DNA of 64,000 nucleotides from Candidatus Heimdallarchaeota archaeon (GTDB lineage Archaea > Asgardarchaeota > Heimdallarchaeia > Heimdallarchaeales > Heimdallarchaeaceae). Within the stretch, counting starts at the first letter, position 1. Every line of letters begins with the position of its first letter. The position numbers and the translations under genes are program-made. This document shows positions 13,611-23,391 of this stretch, in pieces. The notes below the pieces were generated by a model. That model ran no database searches and had not been told where the DNA came from. It saw only the letters and a program-made list of their open reading frames with translations. The DNA is taken from NCBI GenBank assembly GCA_016840095.1, contig JAEOSZ010000026.1, forward strand, positions 17,920-81,919, given 5' to 3'.

Positions 13611-14791
13611 GAACAATGTTAGATTCTCTTCCAGTACCTCTGATTACTTCAGAATTGAGAAAATATCTAGAGGAGCTCCTTGGAAAAGAAACAGCTGAAA
13701 GTTACTTAAGAGCAATTTGTACACCAATGGAAGAATATACACTCCATATATTTAGGAAACAAGAACTTGCAGAAGACATTATAGAACACATTAAGAAATT
13801 TACTTTCAAAGCTTACCAACATTCTACTTTTACCAACTTAATAATTACAGAACCTAAAGGTCCTTTTGAAATAGATTTTACGGAAGAATTGAAGGAAATT
13901 GTAGTGGATAATGTTGCAGCAGAGATGATTTATCAAGGATCTGATGTTTTTGTTCCTGGAATTAAACGTGCAAATAAAGTAAAGGAGAACGATTTAGTAA
14001 TTGTAAAGAACCAGAAGGGAATTCCAGTGGCTAAAGCCAAAGCATTGATGAGTCATAACAAGATTTTGTCAAAGAAAAAGGGTATTGCAGCAATCAATTT
14101 GGAGTCAACATATAGGGTTCCCAGTGTTCCTCAATTGGGATTATATGAGTTTCCAGTTTATTTTCATAGTATGCCTGCTTACCTAGCAAGTTTAAATCTA
14201 GACCCTCAACCTGGAGAGAAAGTGTTGGATTGTTGTGCTGCACCAGGAAACAAAACTATACACTTGAGTGAACTAATGGGGAACAGAGGAGAGATAATAG
14301 CAATAGATAGATCCAAAAGAAGATTACAGAGTCTGGAAGAGAAGATAAAGAAATTTGAAATAAAAAACATCAAAACTGTTGTAGGAAGTATCATTGATTT
14401 GAGTAAGGAATGGAATTTGAAATTTGATAAAATACTAGTTGATCCCCCTTGCACTGCTCTTGGTTTGAGACCTAGACTTACTCTTGAAGTTAATCGCAGA
14501 ATAATTGAATCATCTGCAGATTACCAAAAAGCTATTCTATTTGCATGTAATAAATTATTGAAACCTAGTGGTGAATTAGTTTATTCTACCTGTACAATTA
14601 CAAAAGAAGAAAATGAAGATGTTGTAAATCATGCCTTGAAATTTGGCTTAGAAATAATTCATCAACCAAATAATGTTTCAACAATGGGATCTATTGGTAC
14701 TGAAATACCTATACCTGTGCAAAGGTTTGTTCCTGGACAAGATAAGACTTTGGGCTTTTTTATAGCCAAATTAAAGAAACCTGGGAGTTAA
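13607..14791 (+). CDS. PUA-domain RNA m5C methyltransferase (RsmB/NOP2/NSUN6-like)
   Basis: PUA domain (GSDVFVPGI), LDCCAAPGNKT, ILVDPPCTALG, LVYSTCT. Confidence 0.92.
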   Translation: MRTMLDSLPVPLITSELRKYLEELLGKETAESYLRAICTPMEEYTLHIFRKQELAEDIIEHIKKFTFKAYQHSTFTNLIITEPKGPFEIDFTEELKEIVVDNVAAEMIYQGSDVFVPGIKRANKVKENDLVIVKNQKGIPVAKAKALMSHNKILSKKKGIAAINLESTYRVPSVPQLGLYEFPVYFHSMPAYLASLNLDPQPGEKVLDCCAAPGNKTIHLSELMGNRGEIIAIDRSKRRLQSLEEKIKKFEIKNIKTVVGSIIDLSKEWNLKFDKILVDPPCTALGLRPRLTLEVNRRIIESSADYQKAILFACNKLLKPSGELVYSTCTITKEENEDVVNHALKFGLEIIHQPNNVSTMGSIGTEIPIPVQRFVPGQDKTLGFFIAKLKKPGS

Positions 14792-14832
14792 TACCGAACC
14801 TTTTTTAATTTCTGCACTTTCTTTTACATGAA

Positions 14833-15687
14833 ATGAGTTTTTTGAAGAAAGACGCATGTATTTTGATTACTAGTTCAAGACACAAGGATAGTATAGAACT
14901 AGCTTTATCTTTTCATGAAAAATTATTGGAAAAGGGGTATACTTCATTCCTAGATATATTCCTAGCAGAGAAAATTAAGAAACCTGAGTTTGCATGTTCT
15001 GATGAAGAACCCACAATAATCTTCGTTTTTGGAGGAGATGGAACTATTCTCAAAACCCATGAGTTGTGGAGAAATTCTCCTATTTTTGGGATTAATTGTG
15101 GAAAAGTTGGTTTTCTTACAGAAATTGATCCGGAGGAAATTGATCAAGCATTGGTTTCTCTCGAAAAAGGTGAAGGTTTTGTTGAAAGTTACAGCACAAT
15201 TAAGATATCCTCAAAGAACTCATCAACAACCTCAGCAGTCAATGATGTAGTTGTAACTGCTGATAAAATAGGTCAATCTATAAGCCTGAAACTGCATGTA
15301 GATAATCAGTATGTCTACACTCTTGATGGTGACGGTCTAATTGTAGCAACTAGTATAGGATCAAGTGCTTATGGTCTTTCAGCAGGGGGTTCATTAATCG
15401 TTCCAGCAGTTGAAGCAATAATAACAGTTCCAATATGTCCTTTTTCTAGAAGAGTGGTTCCCATGGTTTTTCCTTTAAGCTCTAAGTTGGAAGTAACAAA
15501 TCTGAGCAAATCCAAAAATGGGAGTGTTGTAGTAGATGGAAAAGTAATCTATGAGATTGGGTATAAAGAATCAATCGAGATTGAGAAATCGGAAGAAAAA
15601 ATAAATTTCATTCGATTTTCAGAGAATTACATAACTAGAGTTAGAGAAAAACTTCTACGATTCAATCCTGATGATACAGATGAATGA
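14833..15687 (+). CDS. nadK: NAD kinase
   Basis: GGDGTIL, GINCGKVGFL, ND, DGLIVATSIGSSAYGLSAGG. Confidence 0.93.
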   Translation: MSFLKKDACILITSSRHKDSIELALSFHEKLLEKGYTSFLDIFLAEKIKKPEFACSDEEPTIIFVFGGDGTILKTHELWRNSPIFGINCGKVGFLTEIDPEEIDQALVSLEKGEGFVESYSTIKISSKNSSTTSAVNDVVVTADKIGQSISLKLHVDNQYVYTLDGDGLIVATSIGSSAYGLSAGGSLIVPAVEAIITVPICPFSRRVVPMVFPLSSKLEVTNLSKSKNGSVVVDGKVIYEIGYKESIEIEKSEEKINFIRFSENYITRVREKLLRFNPDDTDE

Positions 15688-16198
15688 AGACAATAACAAT
15701 AAAAAGCTAAATTATTTCATAGTTGATTCTACTGCGATAATTCATCATTTTGTACTTGAAAATGAGCTACAGAATAACGATATTCTTCTTATTCCTGAAT
15801 TATTGGTAGATGAATTAAAATCATCAGTTTCAAAAGCAGTTTTAACAGTATTAGAAGCAGAGGATAAGATAATACACATTGATCCATCTTCGAAATCTAT
15901 TGAAAAAATTACCGGAATAGCAAAAGAAACTGGGGATTTTACAGCATTATCTGAAATTGATCTTCAAGTACTAGCTTTATCATTAGATTTTCCTGGTTCT
16001 GTAATCTATAGTGATGATAATGCAGTTCAAAATGTTTGTAAGAAGTTAGATATAAAATTTGAAACCTTTCAATTCAAAATAAAACATCAACGTGAATACT
16101 TTTGGAAATGTACTGTTTGTAAAAGTAAATTTACACGTAAATTTGAAAACTGTCCTGATTGCGGGAGTCCCATAAAACGATATTTCAAGAAGAAATGA
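15680..16198 (+). CDS. nob1: Nob1 rRNA-processing endonuclease (PIN domain + zinc ribbon)
   Basis: VDSTA, TGDFTALSEID, SDDNAVQNV, C-terminal CxxC...CPDCGS. Confidence 0.92.
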   Translation: MNEDNNNKKLNYFIVDSTAIIHHFVLENELQNNDILLIPELLVDELKSSVSKAVLTVLEAEDKIIHIDPSSKSIEKITGIAKETGDFTALSEIDLQVLALSLDFPGSVIYSDDNAVQNVCKKLDIKFETFQFKIKHQREYFWKCTVCKSKFTRKFENCPDCGSPIKRYFKKK

Positions 16199-16215
16199 AG
16201 GAAAAGCTATTTTTC

Positions 16216-17328
16216 TTAATGCATGGTTTCTAGAGCTTCTATTATAGCTAGTATAAATCTCTCATTTGTAGGTGTGTCCCCTAAAGTAACAAGAAAAGAT
16301 TTTTTCCTATCCTTGAAAGTATGGCCTTCTCTGAATATTTTAACTATTATCCCCTTACTACAAAGCTGTTCAAAAAGATCAGTTATATCCTCCTTGTATC
16401 TTATGAAAAGGAAGTTGGCATCTGTTCGGAAAACTGTTAATCCGTTAACCATCTTCAAATGTTCAATTACTCGTTTTCTTTCTACAATGAAGTTGTTTAT
16501 TAATTCAACAAATTTATACGGTGCTTGAAGGATATGAGTAGTTGCTAAGATGTGGATTGGGGGGATCTCTTCCAAAATATATTGTTTCTTCAGCAAATTA
16601 ATATATTTTGAATCCGATACAAGATAAGCAGAAGAGGTTGCTCCTAGTCCCCATGCTTTTGCAAAAGATCGAATAACTGTTAGATTATCAAAGTACTTAA
16701 CTTGATTTATCAGACTATATTTTCCAAATTCAACGTACGATTCATCTACAATAATAGGTATTTTGAGTTCTCTTGTAAGTGTAAGAACATCTCCTTCATC
16801 AAATTGATTTGCAGTAGGATAGTGTGGCGAAGAAAAAACAATAGCCTTTGGAGATATTTCCTCTGTTAGTTCTATTATAGCATTCACATCTAGTTCAAAA
16901 TTATCAATCAAACTGACTTTGTGAATGTTAAGTTTCTGATTTTGAGCGATTTCATCATAAATACCCTTATCAGGAGAAAGTAGAATGATATCGTTTTTTC
17001 TCTTTGTTGTAATAGATATAATTCTTTGTAGGAGTTGAGTATGGGTCACTCCAGGATAGATTGTAGATGCTTCAACACCTGCAAATCGTGAAATTTCTTC
17101 GATGAAGGAATAATAATCTATTGGATAACTGTCTCTTGGATCTATGGAATCAATTGTTTTTGTTATGATTTTCTGAACATGAGAAGGAGGAACAAATAAA
17201 TTATCACCTAAACTAAGGTCAAGTATTTGATCAATGTTTAAATCGAATTTTTCAACAATTTCCTGATGTCTCTTCAAACGATCAAGAGCATTCTTAGTTA
17301 TGGAAATCCTGTTAGACAGTTGTTTCAC
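16216..17328 (-). CDS. Class I/II PLP aminotransferase, HisC/CobD-like (divergent)
   Basis: IVDESYVEF, RSFAKAWGL (PLP Lys), DANFLF. Confidence 0.8.
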   Translation of the reverse strand: MKQLSNRISITKNALDRLKRHQEIVEKFDLNIDQILDLSLGDNLFVPPSHVQKIITKTIDSIDPRDSYPIDYYSFIEEISRFAGVEASTIYPGVTHTQLLQRIISITTKRKNDIILLSPDKGIYDEIAQNQKLNIHKVSLIDNFELDVNAIIELTEEISPKAIVFSSPHYPTANQFDEGDVLTLTRELKIPIIVDESYVEFGKYSLINQVKYFDNLTVIRSFAKAWGLGATSSAYLVSDSKYINLLKKQYILEEIPPIHILATTHILQAPYKFVELINNFIVERKRVIEHLKMVNGLTVFRTDANFLFIRYKEDITDLFEQLCSKGIIVKIFREGHTFKDRKKSFLVTLGDTPTNERFILAIIEALETMH

Positions 17329-17486
17329 CTATTTTTCTCACAATAAATAGTTAAAGTTGAGAAATAGAAAAATTCACTCATTATAAAAGTATCCTTCAAA
17401 TTTGAGTTAATATTTTTGGGGAAAACTAAAAAAGAAAGATAGAATAAAAGAGTTACATAGAGAATTTGCTAAGATGGTGACAGAAA

Positions 17487-18377
17487 ATGGTTCACAAATT
17501 TACAGTTGAATTCCCAGAAAGAATATGGAATGCTATCCAAGAAAAGAAAGGAGCTGGCTCAATAAAGGATTTTTTAATTAGATTAATAGAAAAGGAATTT
17601 GAATTGAGAAAAAACAAAGTTCTGATATTAGCTGGTGGTGAAGGAGCTCGTTTAAAACCACTAACAGAAACCATTCCAAAAGCAATGATTCCTGTAGGAT
17701 ACCGACCTTTACTAGAATACAATCTTGACTTAATTGCTAAAAGCGGAATAACTGATGTTGTTTTGTTGATAGGAAAATTAGGTAGCAGAATTATGAAACA
17801 CTTTGGTCAAAACTGGAATGGTGTGGATATAAGCTATGTAAGTGAATCTGCAAATTTAGATACAGCAGGGGCAATATATAATGCTCGAAATCTTGTTTCT
17901 GATACTTTTGTTGTTATGAATTCCGATATTTTAACAGACATAAATCTAGTAAACTTAATTGATTATCATAAGAGCCACAAAAAAGATATAATTGCAACAG
18001 TTTGTGGAATTGGAGTAAATGACTACTATCAAGCAATGGGAAAAACTGCAGATAAAGGACTTTTTTCTGATTATGGAGTGTTCTATATAGATGATGCAAT
18101 TAACAAACAGGTCATAAGATTTGAAGAACCTCCTACAAAATCACAACAAAGTGGTTATATTAATACTGGAATTTATGTTTTTGAACCAGAGATTATTGAT
18201 TATCTCTCTGAATCAGAAGGCAAATCAATTTCAGGAGATACATTACCATTTCTGATAGATGATAATAAAGTGAAAGCTTTTCTCTGTCCTAAGAATGTGT
18301 TTTGGATAGATGTTGCACATCCTGAACGATGGAGCAAAGCATGGGATGTCTTATTTTCTGGAGCATTTGAAATATAG
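17487..18377 (+). CDS. Sugar-phosphate nucleotidyltransferase-like protein with N-terminal ribbon-helix-helix
   Basis: ILAGGEGARLKPLT..PKAMIPV; LDTAGA; NSDI; INTGIY; 40-aa N-terminal beta-alpha-alpha extension. Confidence 0.85.
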   Translation: MVHKFTVEFPERIWNAIQEKKGAGSIKDFLIRLIEKEFELRKNKVLILAGGEGARLKPLTETIPKAMIPVGYRPLLEYNLDLIAKSGITDVVLLIGKLGSRIMKHFGQNWNGVDISYVSESANLDTAGAIYNARNLVSDTFVVMNSDILTDINLVNLIDYHKSHKKDIIATVCGIGVNDYYQAMGKTADKGLFSDYGVFYIDDAINKQVIRFEEPPTKSQQSGYINTGIYVFEPEIIDYLSESEGKSISGDTLPFLIDDNKVKAFLCPKNVFWIDVAHPERWSKAWDVLFSGAFEI

Positions 18378-18465
18378 ATTGAGGTATAAAGAAAGAAAAC
18401 TCAAAAGTGCAAATCTTTAATAATTTGAGTTGAAAGACAGCACAAGTAATAAAGGTGACTGACTT

Positions 18466-18768
18466 ATGGACCTTAATCGAAGTATTAGAATAGCAGTAGA
18501 CACTGGTAAAGTTTCTTATGGCGCAGACTCTGCAAGAACAGCACTATTAAACAAACAAGCTAAACTAGTAATATTATCAAACAACGCTCCTCAAGATATT
18601 AGAGACGATGTATATACATACGCAAATCTTTCTGAAATACCAATTTTGGAATTCACAGGTTCATCATTAGATTTAGGTGCAATTTGTGGGAGACCACACT
18701 TTGTTGCAGCTGTAACAATCTATGAGATGGGAGATAGTGATATACTCAAAGCAGTTAAAAAGAAATAA
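18466..18768 (+). CDS. rpl30e: 50S ribosomal protein eL30
   Basis: AVDTGKV.YG, KLVILSNNAP, LGAICGRPH, GDSDIL. Confidence 0.97.
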   Translation: MDLNRSIRIAVDTGKVSYGADSARTALLNKQAKLVILSNNAPQDIRDDVYTYANLSEIPILEFTGSSLDLGAICGRPHFVAAVTIYEMGDSDILKAVKKK

Positions 18769-18777
18769 ATACTAGTG

Positions 18778-18897
18778 ATTGACGTAGAAGAGTATCTCAA
18801 CTTATGTTTAAATAGACTTTTAAACATTCAAACCATAAAGATTACTTGAATCGCACTGAAAGACGAATTAAGTCTTTCGAGATAAAATCATGTCAAT
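18778..18897 (+). ncRNA. Candidate structured RNA (multi-branch) in the rpl30e-nusA spacer
   Basis: Nested complementary segments ATTGACGT/ATGTCAAT, TATCTC/GAGATA, ATGTTTAAA/TTTAAACAT, GAAAGAC/GTCTTTC. Confidence 0.4.
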
Positions 18898-18934
18898 AAA
18901 TACAAACACGACTTCACAAATTGGATGAAATAAA

Positions 18935-19369
18935 ATGCCTTCAGTAAAATTATCACAAACAGAAATGCAATATATAACTATCCTTCAAGGAATTGTTAAC
19001 GTAACTATAAAAGACTGTATTGTTGATGAAGATGATAACAAAGTCGTTTTTGTTGTTTCTGAGGGACAAGCAGGAATGGCTATTGGGAAAAGAGGGATGA
19101 ATATTAACAAGTTAAAGGAAATGATCTCAAAAGATGTTGAGATAATTGAACATTCATCAGATCCTGCTAAATTCATTAGAAATTGTTTCCTACCCATTAT
19201 CATAAGAGAGATTATCTTTCTAGATAGAAAAAATGGAAAAGCCGCAACAGTTGAAGTTGATAACAAAGACAAAGGACGAGCTATTGGAAGAAATGGAAAA
19301 AACATTAACAAAGTGAAAAATCTTGTTCTTCGTCAATTTGATATCATAGATGTTATGATTAAACAATAA
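18935..19369 (+). CDS. nusA: Archaeal NusA (two KH domains)
   Basis: GMAIGKRGMNI and GRAIGRNGKNI KH GxxG loops. Confidence 0.95.
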   Translation: MPSVKLSQTEMQYITILQGIVNVTIKDCIVDEDDNKVVFVVSEGQAGMAIGKRGMNINKLKEMISKDVEIIEHSSDPAKFIRNCFLPIIIREIIFLDRKNGKAATVEVDNKDKGRAIGRNGKNINKVKNLVLRQFDIIDVMIKQ

Positions 19370-19461
19370 TAATCAAACATTCCTAAATTTCTATTTTATA
19401 CTTAATTTTGGAAAAAATTAAAGTAGAATATTAAATACAAAGAATTAGAGAAAGTGATAGC

Positions 19462-19869
19462 ATGTTGAACACATCAATATCAGATGATGATAAATTGAGC
19501 AAACTGCTTAAGTTGATTAAAGCAGAAGGAAATTTATCTGAAATTGCAGAAAATGAAATTATCTCATCTTTTGAATCTCGAGGTGAAAAAGCCGCAAAAA
19601 CTTTACGTGAGAATAAATTGCATAAATTGATTCTTAATGAAAGAATTGCAATATGGGAGGTTGAGGGAACTAGTGGTAGTTATATCTTGATTGATAATAA
19701 TTATTGTGAGTGTAAAGATTTTCAAATTAGAGTTCTAAGGAGAGGAGAAAAAACACTATGCTATCATTTATTAGCGAAAATAATAGGGGAAGAATTACAA
19801 CTTTATAACCTAAGGAAGATCTCTAACGAGGATTATGATAACTTAATAAAATCTAAAATCTCAGATTAG
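19462..19869 (+). CDS. SWIM zinc-finger protein
   Basis: CxC(ECKDF)...CYH SWIM signature. Confidence 0.8.
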   Translation: MLNTSISDDDKLSKLLKLIKAEGNLSEIAENEIISSFESRGEKAAKTLRENKLHKLILNERIAIWEVEGTSGSYILIDNNYCECKDFQIRVLRRGEKTLCYHLLAKIIGEELQLYNLRKISNEDYDNLIKSKISD

Positions 19870-19898
19870 TTTTAAAAATAATAAAATGGAAGAAATTG

Positions 19899-22800
19899 CT
19901 ACGCAATGTCTTCAAGTTCTATATGTGGTGCAATTCCCAAACTCATTAATTCTTGTAAAAGAAGTTTGAATGCATAACTAATAATTACTCTAGCTACAGT
20001 AGTTTCCTCTTTGCAAATTGGACAATGATACCTGTCTCTATTTCTATCATACATGGCTAAGAAACCACATTTTGAGCAGATTAAAGCATCAGTTTTATCA
20101 GATTCATCAAGTAATCTCTCTTTAAGTAAAATAGATGTTCCATGTCCAATAAGACAATCTCTTTCCATTTCACCAAACCTTAATCCTCCTTCTCTAGCTC
20201 TTCCTTCAGTTGGTTGCCTTGTAAGCATTTGAATTGGACCTCGAGCTCTAGCATGGATTTTGTCTTGTACTAAATGGTGAAGTTTTTGATAAAATTGAGA
20301 ACCTACAAAAATTGTCCCTTCTAATCTTTTACCTGTTTTACCATCATACATAACTTCCCTACCCAGAGGATGCATGCCTTGAGTTTTTAATGTATTATGC
20401 AAATCAGTTAAACTAGTTTTACTGAATGCTGTACCATAAATTGATTCTCCTGCATAAGCAGAAACCTTACCCGCTAACAATTCCATTAACATTCCTATTG
20501 TCATTCTTGAAGGAACAGCATGAGGATTGATAATGATATCAGGAACAACGCCTGATTCTGTGAAAGGCATATCTTCTTGAGGAATAATTAGACCAATAAC
20601 ACCTTTTTGTCCATGTCTTGATGCAAATTTATCTCCAATTTCAGGAATTCTCTCTGATCTAACTTTAACTTTTACAAGTCTATTTCCTTCGTTTGTGTCA
20701 GTTAAGATAACAATATCAGATAATCCGCTTTCTCCATGTCTCATAGCTTTACTAGTTTCTCTTCTGTTTTGAGGTGGCACATCGAATTCTGTATATTCCT
20801 CTAAAAATCTAGGAGGACTAGTTCTACCAATTAAAACCTCTCCTCTATTTCCATCAACAGCAATTTCTGGTTCAATGATTCCATCTTCACCAAGATGAAC
20901 ATATTGAGATTCGTCCTTATAACCTCTAACTGTGTCGTCAGGTATTTCAAAGGTATCTTCTTGACCATTTGGATACTTTCTTTCTTCAGCATCATAGGTT
21001 CGGTAAAAAGTACTTCTTCCTAAACCTCTTTCAATAGCAGCTTTATTTATTAGAAGAGCATCTTCCATATTGTAACCTTCATAAGATAGCACTGCAACAA
21101 TGAAGTTTTGCCCTGCTGGACGACTCTCAAAACCAATGGAATCCATTCCATGAGTTTTAACTAAAGGCTTTTGTGGATAATGTAGGACATGTGCTCTAGT
21201 ATCCATTCGGTTTCTAAAATTAGCAGCAAAAATTCCTAGTGCTTGCTTTGCCATTCCAGCTTCGTAGACGTTACGATCAGAACGGTTGTGTTCAGGGAAC
21301 GGAATTAATGAGGCACATATTCCAAGAATTGTACTTGGAGTAATTTCCATGTGAGTTATATCAGGATTTAAAGCATCTTCATCAATGGCAATATAGAGAT
21401 TTTCTTCTTCTTCTGCATCAACATATTCAACAACTTGATTTCGAACCAAATCGCTCCATGTCCACTTCCCGCTCTTAATCCAAGAATACATTTCCTTGGT
21501 GAGTTGTGGTTCTCCTTCTTTGACAATGATAAGAGGACGACGCACTCTACCTGCATCACAATTGACCATAATTTCATTAGTATCGTCATAATAGGAAACG
21601 TTAACCTTGTTATCAAGTTCTCCTAATCTTCGTTTTTCAATTAGTTTTTCTTTGAAATCTACAGCGTCTTGAATTACTCCTAAGAAACTTCCATTTAAGA
21701 ATACTTTGCAGTATTTTGGATCAGCAACTTGCTTTGCGAGAACAGAAGTAGATTCCACTAAATCTGCGGGTTTAATCTTATTTAATCCTAAACTTTGAAC
21801 AAGTTTTTTCTCCACATCTTTACTATTCAAATCAACACTAATATAGGCTTGAAGGGCAAGATTTTTTACTAGACCACAATTTGGTCCTTCTGGAGTTTCA
21901 TTTGGACATATCTTACCAAAATGAGTGGGGTGCAAATCTCTTGCTTCGAAGTGAGGTTGACTTCTACTTAAAGGACTTACAACTCTTCGTAAATGGCTTA
22001 AGGCTGACATATAATTTGTTCTATCTAGAAGTTGACTTACTCCTGATTTACCTCCAGTCCAGTTTCCAGTTGCTAAAGCATGACGAAGTCTTTCTGTTAT
22101 TAAGTCTGCGCGGACAGCTGTTTTAAGATTTGGTTTTCGACCTCTAACAGTAACTCTTTCAAGTTGGTATTTGATGTCTCTGCAAAGAGCATGAAATGCA
22201 ACACGATACAGCATTAGAATGAGATCTCCTGCTAATTTCAATCTTTTATTAGCATAATGATCTTTATCGTCTTCTGGTCTAATTCCAGCTTCTAATTCAA
22301 GAAGTCTTTGAGCCATTCTAGCTAAGAAGAATGCTTTCTTTAATCGTGATTCCTCATCACTTCCAAGATGAGGTAATAGATATTTATCCAGAACTTGCAT
22401 AGCTCTGTTTATACGATATTCCTTGGTTTGTCCAACAGCTACTCTTTTACCAATGTAATCTAGAGATTCTTCTGTAGTATCAATTTCTGAAGATTCACGC
22501 ATTAAGATTGACATTACTCGAGCACGTAGTTTGGGGGTTGGACTTATGGCCATTGCAATCATATCATCTCTTTCTATACCTAATGCTCTCATTAGTAAGA
22601 TGAGTGATATTTTTCTTGGCATACTTGGAAAACTAACTCTTAATTGACCATCATTGGTGTGTTCAACTGTAACTGGTGCTCTAAAACCATGAATAACACT
22701 GAAAACTTTAGCCTCACTAGTTACGTTTCCTTTACTTGTTAGTTTTTCAATCAAAATTCGATTTGGAGCTAAATCCTCTTGAGTGACTATTACTCTTTCA

Positions 22801-23297
22801 CTTCCATTAACTAGGAAGTAACCACCAGGATCTCTAGGATCTTCACCTAGTTTAACAAGCGATTCTGGAGATTGATTATATAATTGACACTTTTTAGATT
22901 TCAGCATCACAGGAAGATACCCAATAAAGACGCTTATAGGTTCTAGAGGAATTTCAACTCCATCTTCCCCACCTTTTCTAATTGGTTTCATGTGAAGATT
23001 TAACCTTGAAGCGTAAGTAAGATTTCGAATTCTTGCTTCCATGGGATAAATAGTACTTTGAGAACCATCAGCTTCTCTGATTGTTGGTTCTTCTACCTCA
23101 ACTTTTTCAAGTTTAACATAAAATTCAGAATCTTCTGGCTCAATAACTTTGATTTCTTCAATTACTGATTGAAGACCCTTTTCAATAAAATCATTGAAAG
23201 AATCCAAATGTTGGCGAACTAATCCTAATTCATCAAACATAGAATTGACTAGTATCCACCGACTATTAGCATCTGCTTTACCTTTTTTCTTGGCCAT
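19899..23297 (-). CDS. rpoB: RNA polymerase subunit B (Rpo2, unsplit)
   Basis: GDKFASRHGQKG, ETPEGPNCGL, GGLRFGEMERD, C-terminal zinc ribbon. Confidence 0.99.
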   Translation of the reverse strand: MAKKKGKADANSRWILVNSMFDELGLVRQHLDSFNDFIEKGLQSVIEEIKVIEPEDSEFYVKLEKVEVEEPTIREADGSQSTIYPMEARIRNLTYASRLNLHMKPIRKGGEDGVEIPLEPISVFIGYLPVMLKSKKCQLYNQSPESLVKLGEDPRDPGGYFLVNGSERVIVTQEDLAPNRILIEKLTSKGNVTSEAKVFSVIHGFRAPVTVEHTNDGQLRVSFPSMPRKISLILLMRALGIERDDMIAMAISPTPKLRARVMSILMRESSEIDTTEESLDYIGKRVAVGQTKEYRINRAMQVLDKYLLPHLGSDEESRLKKAFFLARMAQRLLELEAGIRPEDDKDHYANKRLKLAGDLILMLYRVAFHALCRDIKYQLERVTVRGRKPNLKTAVRADLITERLRHALATGNWTGGKSGVSQLLDRTNYMSALSHLRRVVSPLSRSQPHFEARDLHPTHFGKICPNETPEGPNCGLVKNLALQAYISVDLNSKDVEKKLVQSLGLNKIKPADLVESTSVLAKQVADPKYCKVFLNGSFLGVIQDAVDFKEKLIEKRRLGELDNKVNVSYYDDTNEIMVNCDAGRVRRPLIIVKEGEPQLTKEMYSWIKSGKWTWSDLVRNQVVEYVDAEEEENLYIAIDEDALNPDITHMEITPSTILGICASLIPFPEHNRSDRNVYEAGMAKQALGIFAANFRNRMDTRAHVLHYPQKPLVKTHGMDSIGFESRPAGQNFIVAVLSYEGYNMEDALLINKAAIERGLGRSTFYRTYDAEERKYPNGQEDTFEIPDDTVRGYKDESQYVHLGEDGIIEPEIAVDGNRGEVLIGRTSPPRFLEEYTEFDVPPQNRRETSKAMRHGESGLSDIVILTDTNEGNRLVKVKVRSERIPEIGDKFASRHGQKGVIGLIIPQEDMPFTESGVVPDIIINPHAVPSRMTIGMLMELLAGKVSAYAGESIYGTAFSKTSLTDLHNTLKTQGMHPLGREVMYDGKTGKRLEGTIFVGSQFYQKLHHLVQDKIHARARGPIQMLTRQPTEGRAREGGLRFGEMERDCLIGHGTSILLKERLLDESDKTDALICSKCGFLAMYDRNRDRYHCPICKEETTVARVIISYAFKLLLQELMSLGIAPHIELEDIA

Positions 23298-23391
23298 ATG
23301 AACACCTATACAGCAAATAAAAATTAATGTCCTCGCATTATGAGGGTTTTATGATATATTAAAAAGCTTATGAATCACGACTAACAATCAT

